A stretch of 63,610 nt of DNA, filler included, from Folioceros fuciformis (Eukaryota): assembly GCA_049999805.1 (NCBI GenBank). It is 6 parts of 6 records of this genome, joined end to end, with 100 filler letters (N's around TTAATTAATTAA, not from the genome) between each part and the next. Parts side by side here need not be neighbours in the genome. Positions count along the whole stretch, not along the records: positions 39,485 to 57,217 come from JBNGIO010005084.1; positions 57,318 to 63,610 come from JBNGIO010005091.1; 4 more parts are not named here. The stretch is one strand, 5' to 3'. The translations under genes and the position numbers were made by a program. The notes beneath the pieces were generated by a model, which saw only the letters and a list, made by a program, of their open reading frames with translations, was not told where the DNA came from and did not search any database. This document shows positions 50,311-61,876 of the stretch, piece by piece (the stretch's first letter is position 1; every line of letters starts with the position of its first letter).

Positions 50311-52931
50311 GTAATCCTCTCCCATCAAAAGCCGGGCAGCGGAGTGAGGAAACCAAAATCTCAATTTTCTCCCCGTGCTTCTTCAGCGGGCAGACATAAA
50401 ACGAGGGCAGGAGGAGAGGACGAGAGATAGGGAAGAGGGAGGCCTACCGCTTAGGGTTATGGCACAATGCGTCGCAGCAAAATCGTATGTTTGCTGGCTA
50501 GCCTTCGGCGTATGCAGTTCTTTGGATGGACGGGGCATGACATGCCACGTACGATTTCAGACGAGTGAAGCATTCATCGCTTCGGAGATTGAGACAGCCC
50601 ATTTTGTCCCCTTCTTCTCTACCTCGTGTTTGTTCCGAAGGGTAGGCGATTCATCAGAAAGAGAGGAGCAAGTGACGTCAGTCTGGTGAGGCGTAACTTC
50701 GTTGGCCTGCTCCTCATGCGCTTGAGGGGGATGCTTGTAACCAACGACATCGTCGCACTCAATCCCCTGGACCCGGCTCAATGCCCTGGACCAGGTGCTC
50801 ACAAACCCCCGGCGTTGCAAGGCAGGGTTGGCCATAGAGGGGAGAAGTAGGACCCAGATCACGCAACGTGCGACATCCCTACGTAGCGGATCCCCCCATT
50901 GAATCAGCCATCTCCAATCCCACTACCTCCTCATCCGCCTCCCGTTTCTGGGTTCCATCGAATCAAAAGCACCGCCGAAGAAAATCCCCCGTCGATCCAT
51001 GTCACGAGGTCCCCAACGACAGTGCGTTGAACGAAGACCCGAAACGGTCGCAGAACCCGCAGGTGCGTGTGTTGGTGGTCATCGTCAACCCATTTTATCT
51101 ATCTTCTGGGTTTCTTCAACCCGCCCCGCCCCTGATTCCTACCGGTCCGGTTCGCGCCATCTCCAGTTCCTGTTCCCCTGCTCTCCTCGACCCGGTCTGC
51201 CGGTCTGCTTGCACCCGTCGCTGGCCACGTTATCTGGCTGACTCGAATACGTGTCGCGGATCCCATTACGTGCCCTGAATCGCAGTTATGGTGGAATGTG
51301 GAGATCTTGCCCGCCCTTCGAACTGGTATGTACTACTAGTAGGGAGACGACAGACACAGCTCTCACAGCAGGTGAGACGTCCAGTTCCTGCATACATACG
51401 TATCTACCAATTGTCACCTTCCTGGACGCCTTCCTCGAGGATGGTCAGCTACACCATCGAGTCCCCATCCCTGCTCCGCTCAAACATCCCCTGCCAGAGG
51501 TTGCTGTCCCTGGTTGCTACTCTAACCGCATCTCTCAATGCACGTATGCAGCTGTTCTGCAATCCGAGTCGAGTCGAGTCGAGTCGACAGGACTCGACTC
51601 AACTACACGTAGTCCACTCCATTCCCTGCAGTCTCGGTGAAGCTTGAACATCGGCGTTTTGGATGGAAGAAGTGAACAGAACTGATACATACGCCATATG
51701 TATGCAGTTTGGTGTTGGAGAGACGAGGACCGTAATCCATGCAATTAGTGGGCATCCAATCTAGTCCCGATTAATTATACCATGTATGATGATGATCCCG
51801 GCCCGAAGACTGCAGTGCCCCGTAGTAACTTTGGCATCAAATGAAAGTCCAAGTTACCGCACCTACCGCGACCCCGACGCGCACGTTCGGCCTGGCCCCA
51901 GCCTCGGCCCAATCATTGGGGGATGGTTGGTGGATGCCAGCCCCCGAGGCGCCGGGCCGGCTCGGCGGCCTCCAGGGCCGGGGCTGGGTCGGGGCCCAAG
52001 CGGCAAACCGAACGAGAGATGGGGTGAAAAGGTGAAAACGAAAACGACTGCAAAACATACATGTATGTATGTACATATAACCAAGCAGGCAGGTTGTAAA
52101 TGTCCAATAAAAATAAAAGGAGCAGCTTCAAGTTCCTGACCTGAGGACTCTTGCCTCCCTTCTTCTTCTCCCTCCAATAAAGCGTTCCATGTTCTTGTAT
52201 GTATGTATGGGCAGGCCAGTGTGAAGGCAGGAGTGGGGCCCGCCGGAAGAGCAAGGCACAAGGCACAACGCAGCAGGCTTGATGAGGCTGACGCTCCGAC
52301 TAGAGTAAAAAAAACACAAAACAAAGAAGCGTGCCTGGACCTTGGCTGCCGGGCGCCAGCTTCTCTTCTCTTCTCTTTCTGCCTACAGCCGACACTACAT
52401 ACCACTGGCCTTGCCGCCCCCGATAGCACTCCGGCTAGGCGTGCTCGAGTCCTGGAAACGCAGGCTTGCCCTGCCCAGCCCAGCCCAGTCCAGCCCACCA
52501 AGCCCGCCCGCCAAGGGAGGGGTGTCCGAAGGCGAGCTCAGATGCGCCCGGCCCCCTGGCGCGCGCAGGCCTGAAGGCGCCTGCTGGAAGCCCCCCAATG
52601 AGGCGCGGGGCCGCAGCGGCAGCACCACGCAGGCGCAGGCGGGAGGGAGGCCGCGGCGGCGCCCCTGGGACTGCGGGGCACACCGCGCGCGCGCGCGGTG
52701 CCGCAGGAGCGGCTCTGCGGGATTCCAGATCCGCTACATTGCTCTGCTAGGGTGAGCGGGGCCGGGGCTGGGAGCTGCAGCGGAAGTGGAACAGCACGAC
52801 GACGAAGAGCGGCGGGAGGTAGCCGCACATGTGCCTCGCTGTCCCCGGCCATCGCAGGGGTCGCTGCGCTGCGCCTCCCCTAGGGTTTATGTTCCACCCA
52901 GGCAACTCTCCGGAGAGAGCGGGTGCCGACA

Positions 52932-55400
52932 ATGCAGGTCCATATTTCGCCTAGCATGAGACGCATCACCATCTCCACCACCAATGGCTTCCTGGATCCC
53001 ATGAAGATTAAAGGCGTCGCGCGCTACCTCTCCTACCGATGTCTCTTCTGGTCCATCCTAGTGCTCGCCTTCATTTTCCCCCTCCTCTTCATCACCACTG
53101 CGCTTGTGACGCTGGAGGGAGCCAGCAACTGCGCCACACCCTGTGAGTTTGACAATGTTGGATCTCGTGCTGCGTCTCGCCTCTTGTCCAGATCTCTCGT
53201 TTCTTCGCGTCGGTGCGATCTGTTTTTTTTTTTTTCGGTTTCCCTTCTTTTTCCGGATCTTGTGCTCAGCCTTTGCCTTTTCTCTTTTCCTTTCCTTCTT
53301 TTCTCCTTCCAGATTGTATGGGCCGGAAGTTTGGACCGACTCCTTACTGGGGGGGAAATCGCGCGAGAGTGAGTATTCATTCATACTGCTTCCTTCTTCG
53401 GATTTGACTGGGATTCGGTGTTTACGTCCGTTTGGGAAGGTGGAATTTTCGGTTGAGGAAGTAGAATCTATCCAGCATGCTCGGCTCGGCTATCCTCGGC
53501 TCGCCTCCGCTTTGCGACAAGCAGGATTTCTGGTCCCGGACTCCTGATCTCGGCGGGGCCGAGATTTTGCGCAGCAGTCGTGGTTGCATGCTGCCTGCTG
53601 AGTTGCGCGGGGGAGGATTCGGAAGTTGTTGTGCGCAGCGGGATGGGATGCTCACCCTTCTGCTGCTCTGTTCCTGTCTGTCTGTGCAGAGGAGGATGGA
53701 GGAGCTGTACTCCACGCTTCTGGATTCAGACAAAATCGTCTTGGAGGGGCAAAAAATCCCTAATAGTATTGAAGAATTAGTTTCCGACGCCAAAGCCAAC
53801 AACTACGATACCAAGGCCATCATGCTCAACCTCAAGGCGATGGTGCGTGGCCTGATTTAGTACCCCGCCGCCACAATTCCCCCGGTTCCCTTTCAGCTGG
53901 TGTGAATCCGTATCCATCTCTCTCTCTCTCTCTTTGCGCTGTGCCAGGTTGACGTTTATGAGGAGCGAGCCAGGGCGGCGAAGCTGCAGGAAGCTCTCTA
54001 TCGCCATTTTGCATCTAGTGGTATCCCCAAAGGGATGTATTGCCTGTCCCTCAAGCTTACAGCAGAGTATTCGACGAATGCCCTGGCTAGGCAGGAACTT
54101 CCTTCTCCTGATCTAGCTCCACGTCTCACTGACAACTCATATCATCACCTGGTGGTGGCAACAGACAATGTCCTAGCAGCTTCCGTCGTGGTATCCTCTG
54201 CTATTAAGAACTCTGCTGATCCTGAGAAGGTGGTCTTCCATATTATTACAGACAAGAAGACTTTCGCAGCCATGCACGCCTGGTTTTCTTTGAATTCTAT
54301 GTCCCCTGCCATTGTGGAGGTCAAGGGTGTTCATCAGTTCTCTTGGCTTACCAAGGACCATGTTCCTGTGTTGGACGCCATCGAGAACTCCCGCGATATC
54401 AAGCAGTACTATCACGGGGATCATGCAGCAGGGGCGGATATGAATGTTTCCTCATCTGCTTTAGCATCGAAACTGCAAGCTCGCAGCCCCAAGTATATAT
54501 CGATCATGAATCATCTTCGAATATATCTGCCAGAGGTATAAATTTTGAGTTGCCTGGTGTTGGCCACCCATCTTCTTCTCTGCCATCTCGTCCTTTCCGT
54601 CTAAGCATTGTGTCATTGCTAAACTGTCTCAGCCCTTTCAAGACGGGACAAAGCGAATTCTTTCTGACAGAATCTGTTTTGGCTGTCGCAGTTGTTTCCC
54701 GCCTTGAATAAAGTTGTGTTCCTGGATGACGATGTTGTTGTTCAAAGGGATCTGTCTCCGTTATGGGACATTGACCTTCATGGTAAGGTCAATGGCGCAG
54801 TTGAAACATGCAGAGGCGAAGACAAGTGGGTTATGTCGAAAACTTTTAAGAACTACTTCAATTTCTCACATCCCATGGTGAACCAAAGATTTGATGCTGA
54901 TCGGTGTGCATGGGCTTACGGTATGAACGTTTTTGATCTCCAAGCTTGGAGGCTAACTGATATTACCACAGTATACCACTTTTGGCAGAAACAGGTAATG
55001 CCCTCAGGTTATCTTTCATATCTGTGTATCATTTTTCAGGCTTCCTCTTGTCGAATCAGCCCTGGACACCACGAATTTTGTCTGTTTCTCACATGCGTCG
55101 TCTCGGAACTTGCAGAACCTCAGGCAGAATCTGACTTTATGGCGCCTTGGAACTCTTCCTCCTGCGCTTATTGCCTTTGACGGGTATGTACATCCCATTG
55201 ATTCATCTTGGCACATGTTGGGCTTAGGTTATCATCCAAAGAGTAATGTCACACACGTCCAACAATCCGCTGTTATTCATTATAATGGCCAAGCCAAACC
55301 CTGGCTAGATATTGCTTTTCCCGAATTGAGACACTTTTGGACCAAGTACGTGGATTACTCAAACGAATTCATTAGACAATGTAACATTCTGGAGTCGTAG
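52932..55400 (+). CDS. GAUT: Galacturonosyltransferase GAUT13/14-like (GT8), 6 exons
   Basis: MQVHISPSMRRITIS N terminus and TM anchor; HLVVATDNVLAASVVV, KVVFLDDDVVVQRDL, CAWAYGMN, LWRLGTLPPAL, IHYNGQAKPWL. Exons approx. 52932-53142, 53313-53369, 53690-53842, 53949-54536, 54692-54994 and 55116-55400. Confidence 0.96.
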
Positions 55401-57317
55401 CATTATTTGTGAAATTTCATCACTCATTCTTTTGATCATAAGCTGGTGGTTCTCTGTGACCTCCCATCATCAAAAACTTATTCCATCTTCCTCAAGCCGG
55501 GGCCGGGTGCTGATTGCGAGAGCCTTGTTCCATCTCTAGCATCCGACTTGCGTTGTTGGTGAATTGGTAGAGTTCATGGATTGTGCCGGGCTGTGCCCCC
55601 ATTCAGCAGCAATGGTGATGAGGCCTCTATCCTGGCGCGCTTCCCGTTAGCTCAAATGGCGGAGCTTGGCCGTGGCAACGTGAGACGGCGAGATGTGTCG
55701 GCAGTCCTGGAAAGTGCCAGGGCTTGATAGTGATGCTCAACTGTAAATTTACTCTAGGTCCCACTGAAGGCTGCCACAGGCACTTGGCAGTACATATGTT
55801 ACAAGCTGCTGGATGGGCTGGCGGAGCAGATTCACAGGTAAAGCAGCGATGAGCGGTGGCAGTGGTAAGGTATGCTGGCATCCATTACTCGTCACCCTCA
55901 GACATGGAGCGACACAGATGAGACTTTTGTCCTGCTCAACAGCCTTATTTGTGTTGATTGGCTGGGGGTGGCCATCGGAGAAAGAGAGGTGGCCAAATTG
56001 GTGTTGCAGTGTATATGGAGGCCCCACACGTTCCTGCAACGTGGGATTGGGAACCGTGCCAAGCAACTAGTCTTCGACTACTTACCTCAAGCGACAGCGA
56101 CAGACCCGGATAACAATTGTACAAGTTACTATGGAACTCAGTCGCCAACTTTCACTGGACAGTGGGCCCAAGTCCACTTTTAGTCTTCACGTGTGGCATT
56201 AAGTGCACAAACGACCTCCCCATTGTTCGACTGTCACTTTCTCCTGCTAACCTCCAGCTGGTGCATGTCCACCACGTTCGCCTGGAAGGGGAACCTCTCG
56301 CCAGAGTGCTCTGTAGACTTGCGACAGGTATTCGTGTTCAGTTTTGACAGTCAACTATGCCATTTGCTTGCTGTAAGCTCCTTCATCTCATCGTTGTCAT
56401 AATTCCTGTACTGAAAGGATCTCCAATCTTTCTTTGAATAAGAGTGTTGATTGGAGCTTTAATCTAGTCTGATTATTTATATTTACATATCTGTAACTGA
56501 TTTTATATTTATGTGTATAAATTTTATGAATAAATATCTTCCATTAAATAGAAACATAATGAATAAATATATTTCATTAGTCATGTTATTAAATGAAAGA
56601 GAATAGAGATTGCATTACAAAAAAGCAATGAAAAAATCATACACCACAAGACAAGAAGAAATAAAGGTCTTGGGATAGAGGGGTCTTTTATCTCTTTTCC
56701 AAAATAAAGACTTCATTTCTTGAATATCAAAATCTAGGTAAAGAAGAGTAAATCTACCACAAGTGCCCAAAATGTTGACCCCTCCATGCTTGTGCTTATC
56801 CTAAGCATAAACCCACAACCTACCGAAAGAAAGCTACAAGAGTATGAATCAAGGAAGCCAACACTACTTCTATGGCATGGTACTCCATAGCATAGGCTTT
56901 AAGGAACCTTAAAAAAAGGCATTATCGATAGATTTTGATCACAAGGAGGATGAAGGCATGCTCTTGCTGCATAAAAACAATACTTAAAAACCTTCATGAT
57001 CATACCCATCCTTCCCCCTCCAACCTTAAAGGATTGAGGATAACATGCTCAATTATGAAATCTCTAATAGAATGAAAACCACATTTGCAATTCAAAATTA
57101 GTTTGGTACACAATTCAAAACTGGTTTCGAGAAGTGACAACCACAATTCAAAACTAGTCTAGCACGCCCATGTCGCGCAGCAGCCGCATAGCTGCATGCC
57201 TACCTAGCCTGTCTACCNNNNNNNNNNNNNNNNNNNNNNNNNNNNNNNNNNNNNNNNNNNNTTAATTAATTAANNNNNNNNNNNNNNNNNNNNNNNNNNN
57301 NNNNNNNNNNNNNNNNN

Positions 57318-57781
57318 GCTCCGGATTCATAAACTGGCGCAGGAACATCATCCATTTCACCCACTGCAGCAAAGTCAGACTGCCCATGGAGATAGGTATC
57401 CGTGATTGTCTAACTTGTGTGCAGGGCGTTGGTGCAATCCATGAATTTCTTGTCTAGGTGACAGAAAATGATTGTGCCTCGATAGAGGGCGCAAGAGTTG
57501 CATCAACGCATGGACTGCTCTGATACCATGACGTTTTACAGAATGCGTGTATGTATTAACGGCACACGTTCGAGCTTCTTGGAGAGTTACACTCGGGCCT
57601 GCGTGCATGATGAAGTGTAGCAGTTAGAGACGGTTAGTTCGGTTTCTTGGCATGTAACCTAACTACGGTTATAACCGTTTATGTAACCTAACTTAATAGA
57701 TAAGGAACTATATTTATATATATTTATTATCTATCTATATAAACCTAACCTACGAGGGTGCGAACATTAATCCTCCCAACA
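57318..57781 (-). mobile_element. 5' end of an LTR retrotransposon (LTR plus tRNA-iMet PBS) running into a gap
   Basis: Reverse PBS gctctgatacca 57517-57528 abutting tg at 57529; candidate other LTR end cccaaca at 57781; AT-rich TATA region inside. Confidence 0.7.
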
Positions 57782-58859
57782 CTATGCATACCTGAATCAC
57801 TACATGATGGTACCGCAACTTTATAAAAGGAAAGTGTTTGCTTCCTTCAAACACCACAAAACTCTTCACCATCTACATTCACACTTCTCAAAGTTGTAGC
57901 TTCCCAGATCCACGATTTACTCACGCAATCTTAAGAACCATGTACAAGCTTGTACACTACACACACTCACATCTCAATATGATTTCTAACAAGAGAAAGA
58001 ACCTTCAAGAGGATGCACTCACGAGAACCAACAATAGAATGCTCTCTCTTAGCATGGAAGCGTTTCTATATCCAATGAAATGGTTGTGACTTCTCTTCTT
58101 AACCTATGCAACCTATTTGTTTGCTGGTGTGCAGAGAATGTTTGGTTTGGTGGAATCCAATTATGACGGCCTTGGCTGAGTCCTTTGAATTGGTGAATTA
58201 AACTTCTTGATTTCACACAAAGTGTTCGATGAGGCATTCATGGGGTCTCCTTTCAGCACTACAAACGTCATCCGTCCCCGCCCTTGCTAAGTTACTAGAT
58301 CATATGCCTCACACCGTCCTTGTCCTTGCATGCTATTCAGGCCTCTTGTTCTCTTTGCTGCCCCAAGAGTTTCTTGCTTCGTTTCCCTCTCTCCTACCAT
58401 GGAAGGTTTCATAAATCTGTCGCAGCGGTAGTGACTTCCCTTCTTGACCTAGATGATTGATTTATTTACTTGTGTGTAGAGAATAGCTAGTTTCGTGACA
58501 TCCACTTTTGTTGCCCATGATTAATGTGGAACATAGAATTTCGAGTCAGTGCTTCAATTTTGGTGCAATTTGTACAAATGCGGCTACTATAGGGAAGGTT
58601 GCTTCCTTCCTAGTTGGTTTTGGTTCTTTTTTTTCCTTTTTTTTTCCAGCGGCTATATATGTGAGTGGGGTGTTCACGCATGGTAAGGAGAAGCATCTGA
58701 CCAAGGGACAGGAGTCTGATGGGTCTGTTTGGGAGACAGAAGTGATGAGGATCTGTCCGAGGGATAGAAGTGGGATGGATCTATCATGGAGACAAAGGTG
58801 GTCTGGTACCGAACCATTAAGTTTGGCAAGAGGTTCAGGAAGGGGACCTGCTAAACCAA

Positions 58860-59280
58860 GCTGCATGCAAGCACTCCAAGTCATTAGATTGCATGCAACC
58901 ACTCCAAGTAACCAAGCCACATGTAAGTACTCCAAGTCACCAAATTGTATGTAGGCACTCTAAGTTCCCAAGTAGCATGCAAGTACTCCAAGGCACCAGC
59001 ATGCAAGTACTCTAAGTTCCCATGCAACATGCAACCACTCTAAGTCTGCAGGTGTTTTAAAACTTAGGGAAAGCAACCATTTGTGAGCAAACGGGCCGGT
59101 AGCAGAGGACCATGAGTTGGAGGAGGCAGTGAGGCTGCCACAGTGGAGAGGGAGTGAGCTTAACTAGTGGAGAGGCAATGAGGCTGCCATAGTGGAGAGG
59201 TAGTGAGCTTAGCTAGTCGAGAGGTAGTGAGCTCCTCTAGTGGAGAGGCAGTGAGCTTAGCTAGTGGAGAGGTAGTGAGG
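58860..59280. repeat. Two degenerate minisatellites (~28 bp, 58860-59045; ~24 bp, 59120-59280)
   Basis: gcatgcaagYactcYaagt... and agtggagaggYagtgag... repeated. Confidence 0.85.
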
Positions 59281-59508
59281 CCCCCAAGGGAGAGAAGGAA
59301 CGCGGCGGCTGCCCTTTCTTTTTCTTTTTAATTTGTTTCAGAACTCTTAATGGTAGGCCCATTAAGAGTTCTGACACCAGGTCATTTTCTAGGAAAGCCT
59401 AGATAAGTGAGCCAAGAGGTTCATTAATTTAGTTGACGTTTCATAGTTTTTACCTATAGAGAGAGAGAGCATGAAGAGAAAGGGGAGATCCTATAAGGCT
59501 AGGGGAGT

Positions 59509-60121
59509 CCCCTGAACTCATTTTGTCATTTGCCACCCTTTGGTCTTCAGCTCTTGCTTCATGAGCTCCAAATGTTTCTTGTTTCAACTAATTGATGTGG
59601 TTGAGACCTCATCTCCCTTTCCAATCAGATGTTGCTAAGTTTCAACTGTTGGAAGTGGATGAGGTTGGGGATAGCTGGCTGATGGTGCAAGTGTCCATGG
59701 TTGCTGTCATTACTATTCCCACATGCTAGTCTCGCTAGTGTGATGCCGGCCAAGGAGACCTGGTGCTTGGTAGGAGGTAAGGGCAAGTCTCATCAAATTT
59801 GTGGGGTAGCGTGTGAGAGACCCCTGAACTCATTTTGTCATTTGCCACCCTTTGGTCTTCAACTCTTACTTCATGAGCTCCAGATGTTTCTTGTTTCAGT
59901 TGACTGATGTGGTTGAGACCTCGTCTCCCTTTCCGGTCAGATGTTGCTAAGTTTCAGCTGTAGCTGTGAATGAGGTAGGGGATTGCTGGCTGATAGTGCA
60001 AGTGTCCATGGTTGCTATCCTTACTCTTCCCGCATGCTAGTCTTGCTAGTGTGTTGCTGGCCAAGAAGACTTGGTGTCTAGAATGAGGTAAGGGCAAGTT
60101 CCATCAATCTGTGGGGTAGCG
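59509..60121. repeat. Tandem duplication, 312-bp period
   Basis: cccctgaactcattttgtcatttgccaccctttggtcttc at 59509 and 59821; collinear to tgtggggtagcgt. Confidence 0.93.
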
Positions 60122-60421
60122 TAGGAGATTTCTGACCTATGGAGGGGGGAACAAGTAGAGGAGTACGTGTGGAAGAATAGAGGAGTAGAGGTGAAGGTCG
60201 TTGTAGTGTTTAGAGTTACAAGGCACCGAAAGGGCTCAAGGCTTGGCAAGGAGCTTGAGGCTGTGTTTTCTCAAATCCACCCTAACTGGTGTGTGTTTCT
60301 GACGTGGTGCTAGTAGGATCTGAAGGAGGGGGGTTGCAACCTAGTTGTAGCTTCATTCTGCAAGTTCTGACTTGTGGTTTCCAACATATAGAGTGAGGGG
60401 GCCGTGGGCAGTAACAACTAT

Positions 60422-60423
<2 letters not shown>

Positions 60424-60456
<33 letters not shown>

Positions 60457-60895
60457 TTTAAATATATTTATAGCCCTAAGTAGATAGGGATTGAGATATG
60501 AACAGTTATTAGATAAATACTTTTAGGGTTCTTCCACACCAAAAATGGTTACAACACTCTCTTGTTTATAAGACACTTTCTTGACTATAAGGTATTTACT
60601 CTTCGTGCATTGTTGTTTCCTCTCGACTTGTGTCTGATCGTGTGTAGGTAGATTTGTTTTCTGGTATTAGAACGGGATTTATGATCTCCTATGCAAACTG
60701 ATGTCGGGGTGACGCCTGTGAAAATCTTGTTACACACCCAACTTACTCGTGTGTAGGTAGATTTGTTTTCTAGTATCAAAGCGGGGTTTATGATCTCCTA
60801 TGCAAATTGATGTTGGGGTGACGCCTGTGAAAATCTTGTTACACACCCAACTTACAATGGGTGTACAACAAGAATCTCACGAACACCTCCCCACT
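60424..60895. repeat. T32 tract followed by a 109-bp tandem duplication and an imperfect hairpin
   Basis: Poly-T 60424-60455; gtgtaggtagatttgttttc at 60642 and 60751; gtgaaaatcttgttacacaccca / tgggtgtacaacaagaatctcac arms. Confidence 0.8.
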
Positions 60896-61222
60896 TCCAA
60901 TCTACCTACAAATCCAGGGCTTCTATGATTCACACATTCATAGTATTAAAAGAGATGGATGCAATATGTTCTTGGGAAATCCCTTGTATAGATTGCACCC
61001 TTTCAGATCTGCATCTACTTTTCTTTCTTTCATTCGCAATACAATGTCTTTCGAAGCGCTGATAGTTTAGGCAGTCATGACAAGGAACAGCCACAATAGA
61101 TGTTGCAGATGCATAAACCCCAGACCATCTCCAGTTTTTGCAGACTGTTGCAGAATGTCCAATCGCTGCACACCTTGTCGTCCAGCGCTTGAGCAGTTCT
61201 ATCCTGGGCACATACCACGACA

Positions 61223-61632
61223 TCACAATTTCCATTCAAAACCTCCACCAAGACCAGTTTTCACTTCCGTCACAAAGCAATTAGCACCTGTACTCTATAG
61301 AATTTAGGTTTTAGGTGAAGACACACATAAACATCAGCGCAAAGCCAAAATAGAAAATTCACTGCTCAGGACACAGATAGGTCAATTAGAGAAAAAGGTC
61401 CAACAATTGTCAACACAATTGCAAGCTTCAGTTTTACATAAAACCACACTTGACATGCCCTTTTCTTCCAAAAGCTTAGACATGGCCTATTCACCTTTGC
61501 CAGAACCTACAAACCTAATTTCATCCTTTGGTATTCCTGAACCTGTTGAATGTGCACTCACAGGTGTAGCCTCGCTTTTCCACAACACCTAGGCCTCACC
61601 ATCCTGTAAGATGGTACTTCTATAGGCAACTC
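61223..61632 (-). CDS. Candidate last three small exons of an unidentified gene
   Basis: Exons 61632-61600, 61542-61515 and 61287-61223 have cag/gt borders and compatible phases, giving ELPIEVPSYRM-VQEYQRMKL-GANCFVTEVKTGLGGGFEWKL*. Confidence 0.3.
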
Positions 61633-61695
61633 CTGCAGACCACAACAACCACATAGCATTAGACACATCTGTTTTGTATGTAAGACTACTACATT

Positions 61696-61876
61696 ATGAC
61701 AACAAAAATTCAAGGATAAGGATCGCTTCAATGGATCAAACTTTGCAGTTTGGGAGATGCGCATGGTTGGCATTTTTGAAGGACACTAACTCATGGATAT
61801 TGTGGATGGCTCCCTTGGAGTACCACTACCACCACTAAGCCAATCTTCAGTTCCAACAGTTTCTACATCTACATCT
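61696..61876 (+). mobile_element. Copia gag N-terminal relic immediately before the next LTR
   Basis: KFKDKDRFNGSNFAVWEMRM / LMDIVDGS, paralogous to the gag at 62205. Confidence 0.8.

Noticed and set aside
51567..51600. (GAGTC)n run with inverted GACTC copies
   Set aside because: Simple pentanucleotide repeat with no supporting context
51780..52900. Many overlapping ORFs upstream of GAUT
   Set aside because: GC-rich promoter/5' UTR sequence with few stops; no protein-like composition
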